Notes under the pieces: generated by a model | Databases searched by the model: none | What the model was told of the DNA's origin: nothing | The model's input: only the letters and a program-made list of their open reading frames with translations | In this document: positions 52,623-64,000 of the stretch, piece by piece | Position numbering within the stretch: the stretch's first letter is position 1 | How the letters are laid out: every line of letters begins with the position of its first letter | Assembly (NCBI RefSeq): GCF_006345805.1 | Contig: NC_043001.1 | Span: 14,074,001-14,138,000 of the forward strand | From: Octopus sinensis | Lineage: Eukaryota | Reading direction: 5' to 3' | DNA: 64,000 nucleotides | Translations under genes and position numbers: made by a program

Positions 52623-52905
52623 GTGGCTTAGTGGTTAGAGTATTCGGCGTAAGGTCGTGAGTTCAATTCCCGGCAACGCGTTGTGTCCTTGAGCAAGACA
52701 CTTTATTTTAACGTTCCTCCAGTCCACTCAGCAAGCAAAAATGAGTAGAACCTGTATTTCAAAAGCATCAGCCTTGTCACATTCTGTGTCGCGCTGAATT
52801 AACATTAAGTGTCTGTGGAGTACTCGGCCACTTGCACGTTAATTTCACGAGCATCGTATAAACTTGAACCCCTTGTCTTCGTAACCGACGGAGTACCAAC
52901 CATAT
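52620..52905 (+). mobile_element. Hybrid SINE: family-4 core with family-3 tail a
   Basis: GTTGTGTCCTTGAGCAAGACACTTT followed by CCTGTATTTCAAA...GTAACCGACGGAGT. Confidence 0.65.
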
Positions 52906-52912
52906 TATATAT

Positions 52913-52956
<44 letters not shown>

Positions 52957-53600
52957 AGTGTGTGCGTGGGTGTACGTGTGTTGCGTGCAATCTATAGGTG
53001 GCGGATACGGCTGAAATTTTTTTTTAATTATTAGTTTCAAATTTGGGCACAATGCCAGCAATTTCGTGGGAGGGGCGTAAGCAGATTATATCGACCCGGT
53101 GATCAACTGGTACTTACTTTATCGACCCCTAAGTGATGAAAGGCAATGTCAACCCCGGAGGCATTCGAACTCAGAACGTAAACGCAGACGAAATCCCGCT
53201 AAGCATTTCGCCCAGCGTGCTAACGATTCTAGCAAATCGCCGCCTTAATCAGTAAGAAATATTGATTTCAAGTTTTGGCAAAAGGCCAGCAATTATATCG
53301 ACCCCGGTGATCAACTGGTACTTTTTTTATGAGGAAAGGCAAGATCAATTTCGGCGGAATTTGAGCTCAAAACGTAAAGACGAACGAAATGACACCAAAT
53401 ATTTTTCCCAGCATGCTAACGATTTGACAAGCTCGCCGCCTGAGGCAAAAAGAGATATTAAATGTTTAGTTGCTGTACACTCTCTTTACTCTCTTTGATT
53501 TAAAATTCAAACTCCTAGTCCCGCTTTAATTAAATCTAGAAGGGATTATTAACCCTTTGATAGCTGACCACGCGGGTCACACCAGATGCATATATACATA

Positions 53601-53930
53601 TTGGGTTGGCCAAAAAGCTGTTCAGATTTTGTCGACAGTAAACGTCAAGCACTCTAATAATAAGTAGCTAACGTTAGTCTGTCCCTTGCACATGCGCATT
53701 TTTCAGATACTTGACACTTCAACGTAGTTCAACACCAACTTGTGATGAGACAGATTGTATTTTCTGTGCTTGGGATCACCCTGAAAATGGAGACCCAAAA
53801 CGAACTTCATTGATACCAAATGCTTTTGTTTTTTAGATAAATAAAAGGCAGGAGAGTAGTGGAATCCTACAGAAAGATATGCGCTGTATACGCAAAGAAT
53901 TGGTAACTATGATTACAGGTTCAAACCTTA
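53601..53930 (+). mobile_element. Mariner 5' fragment (TIR plus degenerate transposase start)
   Basis: TA-TTGGGTTGGCCAAAAAG TIR; from 53787 METQNELH*YQMLLFFR*IKG...YRKICAVY resembles mariner N-termini. Confidence 0.65.
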
Positions 53931-54038
53931 TTACAAATATGGATGTATTTTTAAGCGGAAATGTATATTTTTAGTTAATGATCTGAGAGAGCGGTTACTT
54001 GAGCCTTTGTGGCCAATAAAAGAAAACGTTATGATTAA

Positions 54039-54432
54039 ACTAGCAGTATCGCCCGGCGTTGCTCGGGTTTGTTTCGACCCTTTAGAATTGGAATTTTTGA
54101 AAAGTAAAAGTTTTGCATTATGTAGCTTGTTATTCTCTTTAAGGGAACATTTTTCTGGTTGAAATACACCGAAAAATGGTGACACAGCAGTAAAAGAATT
54201 GTAAAAAATAGGGATTTTCATAGGCAAAAAGCACCTTTTTGATGTAAATAATTTTTGGTGTTAACATGGTCCGATTTGAATTTTTTCTTCTACAGAAGGA
54301 AGAGCAAGCCTTCTTCTATCATACTCTCAATTTTGGTCAACTTGCGCTGCAGGGTCTCGGAGGAGATAGTGTTAGTTGAAGGCTACCAAACCTGCCATAC
54401 ACAGACAACTTCAGCTTTATATATAGAGAGAT
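54039..54432 (+). mobile_element. Non-autonomous Helitron-like element
   Basis: 5' ACTAGCAGTATCGCCCGGCGTTGCTCGGG and 3' ACAGACAACTTCAGCTTTATATATAGAGAGAT match 18614-19446. Confidence 0.55.
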
Positions 54433-55597
54433 AATGCGGAAACAGGCAGAGCCATTAACGCACCGGACGAAATCCTTAGCGGCTTTTCCTCCAACTCTTT
54501 ATGTTCTGAGCTCAAATCCACTAAGATCAACTTTGCCTTTTATATTTTCGGGGTCAACAAAATACTGAAGTCGATGTAATCGACTTTCTCCCTCCCCCGC
54601 AGAATCCCTTGACTTTGAGCTAAAATTAGAAAGAATTATTATTATTGAATAAAATTTGAGAATAATCCGATCGAAACAAAATTCATTGAAATATCTGTTA
54701 TTCGAAATTTAAAGAAAAATACATATTCATTCTGATCTTCCATGGATATACAATACATGCAGAGAAACAAAACCAGGTAGAAAAAAAAGAGGGTTTCGAG
54801 CAAAACCGATTTATCTCGCTTCATTTAATTAACGCATGTGCACAAAGGAGCCAACGTCATTTCCGGCAAAATGCCGCCGTTGATAAATTTCTGTATTTTG
54901 GCTTTCAAAAGATATCATTGGACTCCCATTAATATTTCATTACACTATCAAAAACTTTGTCTTTATCAATATTTACGCTTTGCTTTCCAGCTCCCATTCT
55001 TCACTTTCTTTTATTAACTTCAATTAATATTTGTTTTTATATCCTTTAACTTTCCTCTCACATTCAATTAGTATTTCGCTTCTTCCTTTGCACGGATGTT
55101 TCATTCATATCTCTCACTTACTCTGCACTGTCAATATACTGTTCATCTCCTTTCATTCCTAAGACACAACAATAAACAAAATATTTTCAAATATTTTATA
55201 GGTGCAGGAGTGGCTGTGTGCTAAGTAGCTTGCTTACCAACCACATGGTTCCGGGTTCAGTCCCACTGCGTGGCACCTTGGGCACGTGTCTTCAACTATA
55301 GCCTCGGGCCGACCAAAGTCTTGTGAGTGGATTTGGTAGACGGAAACCGAAAAGAAGGAAGAGCAAGCCTTCTTCTGTCATACTCTCAATTTTGGTCAAC
55401 TTGCGCCGCAGGGTCTCGGAGGAGATGATATTAGTTGAAGCCTACCAAACCTGCCACACACAGACTACTTCAGTTTTATATATATAGATTAGGCGCCACA
55501 TGATTCCAGATTCAGTCCCATTGCGGGGCCGACCAAAGCGTTGTGGATAAAGTTGGTTTACTGAAACTGAAAGAAACCTGTCGTATGTTGGGGGGTG

Positions 55598-55892
55598 GGG
55601 CGCAATGGCCCAGTGGTTAGGGCAGCGGACTCGTCTCATAGGATCGCGGTTTTGATTCCCAGACCGGGCGTTGTGAGTGTTTATTGAGCGAAACACCTAA
55701 AACCTCCACGAGGCTCCGGCAGAGGGTGGCGATCCCTGCTGTACTCTTTCGCCACAATTTTCTCTCACTCTTTCTTCTGTTGGCCTACTCGCTCAGCCAG
55801 CGGGATGGCGTCATTTGAAGGCTAAAATAATGCGAAGCGCATTGTGACCAGCGATGTATAGCAACATCTGATAGCCTGGTCGATCACGTGAT

Positions 55893-55900
<8 letters not shown>
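55598..55900 (+). mobile_element. Family-3 SINE with tail b
   Basis: Head and body as at 4787; tail GCCAGCGGGATGGCGTCATTTGAAGGC...GATCACGTGAT is also present alone at ~12975-13087 (minus). Confidence 0.7.
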
Positions 55901-55929
<29 letters not shown>

Positions 55930-56011
55930 TATATATATATATATATATATATTTAAATTATAAGTATATGAAAGAATGGAGTTGGAACGACTAGTTAACA
56001 AATATCCTTTA

Positions 56012-56094
56012 TTCTCGACATATGTTTCGAAGGCTGCATATTCCTAATTCCGAAGGAATAAGGAGTACATTGTGCAGATTTCTCTTTAGGAAAA
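56012..56094 (-). ncRNA. Degenerate hammerhead motif (Penelope-type remnant)
   Basis: TTTTC-CTAAAGA-GAAATCTGCA...TGCAGCCTTC-GAAAC-ATAT-GTC^GAGAA; core G5 is mutated. Confidence 0.4.
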
Positions 56095-56702
56095 TCAAGG
56101 AAACTTGTGTCGACATCAAAATGCACAAAAAACTTTTAGCTGACCGCTCTCAAGGAGCCCATGGCGATAATGAGTGTCTCTTTATATATATATACAAAGA
56201 GAGAGAGAGAGAAGAGAAAAAGGGAGAGAGAGAGAGGAAAGAGAGAGAGGAAAGAGGGAGAGAGAGATGGCTTTCCATTTTAATCTTATTGTTCCTGCCG
56301 TTATTTTAAAATCTTCCAGGTTATTAATTGCCATTTGTATCTTCTGACAGTACAGTAAACGAAATATTTGTATTTTTCTTCGTTTTCCGAACTTGTGAAT
56401 TTTTACCTGTTTCTGAATTTTTACTCAATAATTGCTTTACATTATTAGTTTTCAAATGGAATAATATTATTATATATAATTATAATTTCACTTAATTTAT
56501 CTAGACATAAAATCGTTTTAGACATACTGTTCAATATAATAACAAAGTTAAAAATACAATGCTATTTTTATTTCTTATTTGTTCTTTGTTTTGTTGGATT
56601 TTTTTTTTTTTTGCGGAGCTAGAATTATTAACCAATTACAAAGATGATTCTCTCTGCATATGATGCAAACACCCTGTTGCCTGCACGTTTATTTCAAGAC
56701 AT

Positions 56703-57690
56703 AGGCGACGAGCTGGTAGAATGGTTAGCACCCAAGACAAAATGCTTAGCGGCATTTCGTCCGCTCTTACTTTCTGTGTTCAAATGCCACAGAGATCGAC
56801 TTTGCCTTTCGTGCTTTCTGGGTAGCTAAATTAAACGCACTTTCATTTCTTTATTGCCCACAGGGAGCTAAACATAGAAAGGACAAACAAGGACAGACAA
56901 AGAGATTAAGTCGATTACATCGACCCCAGTGCGTAACTGCTACTTAATTTATCGACCTCGAAAGGATGAAAGGCAAAGTCAACCTCAGCGGAATTTGAAC
57001 TCAAGCACTGGGGTCGATGTAATCGGCTAGCTGCCACCCTCAAATTTCTGGCTTTGTTCCAATAATAGGAAGGATTTTACTGTCGCTACTTATTATCACT
57101 AGCGAATACCATCCATCCATGTATCCATTCTCTCCAACTATTCTTGAGAAGGTCCTTGGAGTAGAGTCCTCAGGCACCTCATCCATAGTGTCGTACCAAA
57201 CAGCCATCATTACATTTCTCATTTCTTTATTGCCCACAGGGAGCTAAACATAGAAAGGACAAACAAGGACAGACAAAGAGATTAAGTCGATTACATCGAC
57301 CCCAGTGCGTAACTGCTACTTAATTTATCGACCTCGAAAGGATGAAAGGCAAAGTCAACCTCAGCGGAATTTGAACTCAGAACGTAGGGGCAGACGAAAT
57401 ACCTATTTCTTTACTACCCACAAGGGGCCAAACATAGAGAGGACAAACAAGGACAGGCAAAGGGATTAAGTCGATTACATCGACCCCGGTGCGTAACTGC
57501 TACTTATTTAATCGACTCCGAAAGGATGAAAGGCAAAGTGGACCTCGGCGGAATTAGAACTCAGGACGTAGCGGCAGACGAAATACCGCTAAGCATTTTG
57601 CCCGGCGTGCTAACGTTTCTGCCAGCTCGCCGCTGGGGTCGATCTAATCGACTGGCCCCCTCCCCCAAAATTTCCGGCCTTGTACCTAGA
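56703..57690. mobile_element. Nested cluster of family-2 SINEs
   Basis: Plus host copy interrupted by minus copies; an identical 159-bp segment occurs at 56845 and 57221. Confidence 0.75.
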
Positions 57691-58099
57691 GAAAAAAAAA
57701 CGGAAAACGGAAAAGTAATCATAAATAAATAAAAAGAGCATTAAATACATCCTAAGTCACCCATAAAACATTAATTAGTCCAGTAAAACACAATTTGCCC
57801 AAAGTACCACGCAGTGAGAATTGCACCTGAGACCACGTAGCTGCAATGCAAGTTCCTACCCTCTCCGCCATACCTGCGCCTAGCGACAGTTTTTGGGAAA
57901 GTGAAGTTGTAATTAAAGGAAAAAAGCAAATTGATAACTAACGATAAATATTTAATTTACATTCATTTATTTTTATTTCATATAATTTGTTTTAATGAGA
58001 TAAATTTAAATCTTTCCAATAAAAATTTTTTTTTAAATATCCAGAGATTTTTTTTTTTTTTGGAAAAATATTAAACACAGAATCACACAAACAGCCTCA

Positions 58100-58700
58100 C
58101 ATTAACGCACACATGCACATACACACACGCACAAACATTCATGTATACACACGCACATACACACACGTGAATACACACACGCGTTTACATACTCACCCTT
58201 ACACACATGCATATATACATATACACATACACACACGCATATATACACATGTACATGCACATATACACACGCACATACACCCACACATATATACACATGC
58301 ACATACACACATGCACATATACACACGCACATACACCCACGCAGACATCACACGCACATACACCCACGCACACATCATACACACATACACACACGCATAT
58401 ATATACATGCACATACAAACACACATATATACACATGCACATACACACACGCAAACACACACACACACATACACACACGCATATATACACACACGCACAT
58501 GCACACACCAGTATATACATATACACATACACTCGCACATACACATATATACACACATGCACATACACACACATATACACACACGCGCATACGTACTCAC
58601 ACGCACATATACACACACATATACACACACATATACACATACAAATACACACATACACACGCGCCCATACTCTCACACACACTTACTCACACGCATGTGT
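58100..58700. repeat. Complex (CA/TA)-rich low-complexity tract
   Basis: Degenerate ACAC/ATAC/GCAC repeats. Confidence 0.9.
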
Positions 58701-58920
58701 GTAGAGTAATTTTATCAGCGGGCATTAACCTAGACAAAAAGCAGAGAGCTCGATACTGGCGGAGAGTAAATAAGCGAGTATTAGACACTATAATAGTTTA
58801 CTTTGTCATCCATTACTGTACAGTTTCACCAGTATGGATATTTCAAATGGTTCATATGGAACAATTTACATGTATATCCGGCTATATACTTTAAATGGTG
58901 GAATCTTGTGTCATGCATAA

Positions 58921-59270
58921 GGCGCAGGAGTGGCTGTGTGGTAAGTAGCTTGCTTACCAGCCACATGGTTCCGGGTTCAGTCCCACTGCGTGGCACCTTA
59001 GGTAAGTGTCTTCTACTAGAGCCTCGGACCGACCAAAGCCTTGTGAGTAGATTTGGTAGACGGAATCTGAAAGATGCCTGTCGCATATATGTATATATAT
59101 ATATATGTCTATATGTTTGTGTGCTTGCGTTTGTTCCCCCAACATGGCTTGACAACCGATGTTGGTGTGTTTACGTCCCCGTAACTTAGCGGTTCGGCAA
59201 AAGAGACAGATAGAATAAGTACTAGGCTTACAAAGAATTAGTCCCGGGATGGACTAAAGGCGGTGCTCCA
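58921..59270 (+). mobile_element. Family-1 SINE
   Basis: Homologous to 1-442. Confidence 0.8.
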
Positions 59271-59365
59271 GCTACTTACAACACAGCCACACCCATATTT
59301 ATATATTTTTTATATTAATATTTGAGCGAACGCTACGCATCCATTTCCAAGTAAGTTTATATATA

Positions 59366-59530
59366 GGAGTGGCTGTGTGGTAAGTAGTTTGCTAACCAAC
59401 CACATGGTTCCGGGTTCAGTCCAACTGCGTGGCATCTTGGGCAAGTGTCTTCTGCTATAGCCCCGGGCCGACCAATGCCTTGTGAGTGGATTTGGTAGAC
59501 GGAAACTGAAAGAAGCCCGTCGTATATATG

Positions 59531-59571
<41 letters not shown>

Positions 59572-59787
59572 TTGTGTGTCTGTGTTTGTCTCCCCAACAT
59601 CGCTTGACAACCGATGCTGGTGTGTTTACGTCCCCGTCACTTAGCGGTTCGGCAAAAGAGACCGATAGAATAAGTACTGAGCTTCCAAAGAATAAGTCCC
59701 GGGTCGATTTGCTCGACTAAAGGCGGTGCTACAGCATGGCCGCAGTCAAATGACTGAAACAAGTAAAAGAGTAAAAAGAGAAAAGAG
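59366..59787 (+). mobile_element. Family-1 SINE (young subfamily)
   Basis: Diagnostic GCATCTTGGG, CTGCTATAG, CCAATGCC. Confidence 0.85.
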
Positions 59788-59954
59788 TATAGTAAATCCC
59801 AAAAAAGCAGAACAAACACAAAAAAAAAACAACGTGGTACTTGTGAAGTATTAGCAGACGCTCAGGGAAGGAGAGAAAGATGGTTTAACGTTACGAGCAA
59901 TGCACCTTTTCAGAAACAGAGTAAAATCCATATAAATATATATGTATTTATATG

Positions 59955-60228
59955 TACATACATACACACGCACATACATACATACATACATACATACATA
60001 CATACATACATACATACATACATACATACATACATACATACATACATACGTACGTACGTACGTACGTACGCACGTTCGTACATACAGCAAAGTCGATCTG
60101 GGTGACATTTGAACACAGAACGTAAGAGCGGAAGAAATACCTATTTCTTTACATGCATACATACATACATACATACATACATACATACATACATACATAC
60201 ATACATACATACATACATACATACATAG
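59955..60228. repeat. (TACA)n microsatellite split by a family-2 SINE fragment
   Basis: Two TACA runs flanking ~60085-60152. Confidence 0.85.
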
Positions 60229-60521
60229 AATTATTCTACACAGATTATAAATTCAAGTTTATACTTGTAATTATTGGGGCACTGAGATATGTAACAAACT
60301 GCCTAGGCACCAATCTTAAGAAATCATGCTTCTCAAATACTGAAAGGAGGAAGCTTATTAAAATATTACAGATTCAACCCACCACTAGAACTGCAAAATT
60401 TCTCAAACCACCTAAATCACTTGGATAACTTTGATAGATTTCGGCCAGTATAGGCCCAGGCCATTTCTAGCTTAATAACACCAATGCACATGAGAATACA
60501 TACTCTCTTTTTCTCTCTTGT

Positions 60522-60920
60522 ACTCTCTTTTACTTGTTTCAGTCATTTGACTGCGGCCATGCTGGAGCACCGCCTTTAGTCGAGCAAATCTACCCCGGGA
60601 CTTATTCTTTGTAAGCCCAGTACTTATTCTATCGGTCTCTTTTGCCGAACCGCTAAGTGACAGGGACGTAAACACACCAGCATCGGTTGTCAAGCAATGC
60701 TAGGGAGACAAACACAGACACACAAACACATACACACACATACATATATACATATATATACATATATACGACAGGCTTCTTTCAGTTTTCCGTCTACCAA
60801 ATCCACTCACAAGGCATTGGTCGGCCCGGGACTATAGCAGAAGACACTTGCCCAAGATGCCACGCAGTGGGACTGAACCCGGAACCATGTGGCTGGTTAG
60901 CAAGCTACTTACCATACAGC
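60522..60920 (-). mobile_element. Family-1 SINE (young subfamily)
   Basis: Same diagnostics as 59366. Confidence 0.85.
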
Positions 60921-61125
60921 AAAAAAAAACATACAAATCTGCACGTGCACTAACAGCAAATATTGCTGACATATACACAAACTTGTACAAAAACCCTGTT
61001 GATGCTGTTGAATTTCCAGTGGAGGAGACTTGGATCTAGATTAGAAACCGAATCTTTCTCCAGTGGTAAGAAATCTTGAAATAAAACTCGATAATAATAT
61101 ACACACATATACATAAATGGGAAAA

Positions 61126-61329
61126 GGAGTGGCTGTGTGGTAAGTAGCTTGCTAACCAACCACATGGTTCCGGGTTCAGTCCCACTGCGTGGCATCTTGG
61201 GCAAGTGTCTTCTGCTATAGCCCCGGGCCGACCAATGCCTTGTGAGTGGATTTGGTAGACGGAAACTGAAAGAAGCCTGTCGTATATATATATATATATA
61301 TGTGTTTTGTGTGTGTGTGTGTGTGTGTG

Positions 61330-61364
<35 letters not shown>

Positions 61365-61569
61365 TCCCCCTAGCATTGCCTGACAACCGATGCTGGTGTG
61401 TTTACGTCCTCGTCACTTAGCGGTTCGGCAATAGAAACCGATAGAATAAGTACTGGGCTTACAAAAAGAATAAGTCCCAGGGTCGATTTGCTCGACTAAA
61501 GGCGGTGCTCCGGCATGGCCGCAGTCAAATGACTGAAACAAGTAAAAGAGTAAAAAGAGTAAAAAGAGT
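61126..61569 (+). mobile_element. Family-1 SINE (young subfamily)
   Basis: Same diagnostics as 59366. Confidence 0.85.
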
Positions 61570-62700
61570 AAATAGGAAAAGGAGTTCGTAGAGTAGAATT
61601 ACAAACGAAAAGTACATTCGATGTTTTTTAAGAAAATATATTTCCATTATCTTATCCGATCTCGTAATTTCTTAGAAACAGTGATGGCTTGTTTGTTTGT
61701 GAGCGACAGTAATTTATGTTTGTGTATGTATGAGTAAATAGGTTCTTTATGTGTTTGTTTGAGATACTATGAAAAAACAAGAGTATAAGGCTTTGATCAT
61801 TTGGTTGTAGTGAATGTATTTATTTGATATATTGTTATAGATTATTCAACTCTGGTTTGTATATTTAATAAACATTTTTTTTGTCCGTACGTGATCTGTG
61901 GTTTTGACAGAACAAAAGTAAAATGATAAAATTTGGGATGTATTTCTGTCAAAACCACGCATCAAATACGGGGAAAGAAAATAATAAAGAACACATATAT
62001 TTATTTTAAAAAAATACCAACAATGACTACATAAGCAATTACAAGATATCGAAAAGACACAATCATTAAATACTGCCTCAGCAAAACATTACACCATTGC
62101 TGTTCACGCACAGACACACACACACCGATGTATTACTGTCACTCGCATACAAACAAGAAGTCTAGTTCTCAGGTTTTGGCTATTCTAACAGCCTGTCATG
62201 TGACACATTCTCCGGATTAACACAGCTGTGGCTTTCGGTGTAATTGTTATCCATTTTCTTCTAAAAGATTCAGTTTTCGTGGCAGCATGTGGCCTAGTGT
62301 ACCTCGATGACCCTAAGAGATACGCCAACGCAGTTCAGATTTCTAATCGGGCCTCCTATGCTGGACAGATTAAAAGCGAGAAACCACACTACTATAGGCC
62401 ACCTCTTCCCAGAGGTAAACTTGTTCTTGATAAACTGTTGTAGTAAAAATGGTACATCCTTTTCCACGTGACAAAGTGGTTTGAGGAGCCACTATAAAAT
62501 CAGAAGTAGTGGAAACGTCGTACGAGTTCTCAGTTGGAGTCAGTGTCAGTTTATACGGGTTCGTGTTACCGTCAAGGTAGACATTTCAGTGTCATAGTCT
62601 TGCGGAGCTGTCAGCAATAGCACGATAGACGAGTCAAAGATAATATGACGCGGAATGGCGCCAGAAAATAATAGTAGCAACAAGAATATTACAGTATAAA

Positions 62701-62813
62701 GCGGTGAGCTGGCAGAAACGTGAGCGTGCCAGACGAAATGCTTAGCAGTAGGAGGGCGCCGCAGCGTGCACGGAAGCCGCGGGCGCGAGCCCGGGTGAAG
62801 CCGACCGCGGGTG

Positions 62814-62844
<31 letters not shown>

Positions 62845-63009
62845 CGTTACGTTCTGAGTTCAAATTCCGCTGAGGTCAACTTTGCCTTTCATCCTTTCGG
62901 GGTCGATAAATTAAGTACCAGTTATGCACTGGAGTCGATGTAATCGACTAAATTCCTTTGTCCATTTTTCCCTCTCTATGTTTAGCCCCTTGAGGGTAGT
63001 AAAGAAATA
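62701..63009 (+). mobile_element. Family-2 SINE carrying a 28S rRNA insertion in its head
   Basis: Head ...GAAATGCTTAGC, insert, then TTACGTTCTGAGTTCAAATTCC through to tail GTAGTAAAGAAATA. Confidence 0.85.
62747..62846 (+). rRNA. 100-bp 28S rRNA fragment (captured, non-functional)
   Basis: AGTAGGAGGG...GGTGCAGATCTTGGTGGTAGTAGCAAATATTCGAACG, a highly conserved eukaryotic LSU rRNA segment. Confidence 0.9.
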
Positions 63010-63780
63010 GGAATATGACAGTGCTGATGACAACATACAAGTGGATGACGATCCATATTATAACAATAACAAAAGTGGAAAGCTACGGAAGCATCGATGA
63101 CAATTCAAATCCAACAAGATCTGGAAAAGGAGGGCCTTCTCTCCGGGAAACGTAACATGATGCAACGAAATCCGACAGAAAACCAGGATCCTACATTACA
63201 TATCAATACGCATAGGAGTGGCTGTGTGGTAAGTAGTTTGCTTACCAACCACATAGCCTCAGGTTCAGTTCCACTGCGTGGCACCTTGGATAAGTGTCTT
63301 CTACTATAGCCTCGGGCCGACCAAAGCCTTGTGAGTGGATTTAGTAGGCGGAAACTGTCTGCAACGTCCTGTTTTTGGTATTATTATTATTATTGTTTTT
63401 ATGTATTTTTGTATTCTTATTCGTGTAACATCGTCCGTTTTTCCATCCTTGTTTTGTATACATTCGAGGCTTTCTTCCAAGGAATCTAATGCGCTTGGCT
63501 TAGATTTTCCTTTGGGGCTGACCAGATCGGAGCAATCTCAAGATTAATCAGCCGAAATTGCGAGGATGATCCGGTTCTTGACTGAAGATTGAAGGCTTCG
63601 AATGTCCCGTCCGTGTATTTTGTATCGTCTTCTAAATGTTTTGTGTTCTTGTCCCAGTTTGTATTTTTTTTTACACACACACACACACATATATATATAT
63701 ACACGTATCTATTATTCGCCATGATTGATCGCTAGCCACTAAACCTGTTTTATTTTCTCTCTCTTTTTATTTCTGTGTTC

Positions 63781-63816
63781 CTTTCTGTTGAAGAGCGTAG
63801 GCTCGAAACGTAAAAG
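63781..63816 (+). ncRNA. Hammerhead-like motif with variant core (Penelope-type remnant)
   Basis: CTTT-CTGTTGA-AGAGC(gtag)GCTC-GAAAC-GTA^AAAG; A6 is replaced by U. Confidence 0.45.
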
Positions 63817-64000
63817 ATTTTCTCACTTCCCGACCGTTAAACTAATACATCTATTTCTTGTTTACACACCCGTCTTTTGTTGTTTTTTGTAAATTCTCAC
63901 TATAATATATATATACTTACATATATATATATAGGTATATATATAATATATATATATTATATATATATATATTATATATATATTATATATATTTTAATAT

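Noticed and set aside
60957-61065. Possible 109-bp exon (CTAACAG| ... |GTAAG)
   Set aside because: No polypyrimidine tract, the most protein-like frame contains a stop, and no partner exons were found.
62546-62863. 105-aa minus ORF
   Set aside because: Antisense translation of the 28S fragment plus SINE.

Overview
AT-rich, microsatellite-saturated animal genomic DNA. The SINE repertoire suggests a cephalopod such as Octopus (inference). I could not support any host-gene exon, and almost all short ORFs in the track are translated microsatellites or SINEs. The dominant feature is a 12.2-kb head-to-tail array (39405-51607, minus strand) of seven ~1.7-kb elements. Each encodes only a ~470-aa L1/Tx1-type ORF1 (gag-like) protein with an RRM-like region, one CX2CX4HX4C zinc knuckle and an unassigned C-terminal domain; there is no reverse transcriptase ORF. 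Six units are near-identical and one is a diverged paralogue showing a purifying-selection signature. Every unit is bounded by the hexamer GAAACG, and the array abuts a tRNA-derived Nin/Deu-type SINE exactly at the GAAACG in that SINE's head. The units end in a ~50-nt 3' tail shared with that SINE. A weaker match to the tail lies on a Tx1-like ORF2 remnant at 12.1-12.6 kb. The same SINE nests repeatedly into two fixed sites of its own head throughout the window. Together this suggests a site-specific LINE / ORF1-only 'half-LINE' / SINE system that builds tandem arrays. Also present: hammerhead-ribozyme-bearing Penelope-type remnants (one a perfect 145-bp inverted repeat, one with a tRNA head), a 100-bp 28S rRNA fragment captured inside a SINE head, RTE and RLE-type LINE 3' ends, mariner/Tc1 derivatives, Helitron-like elements and many SINEs. 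Family names come from remembered motifs, not database searches, and dispersed-repeat boundaries are approximate.
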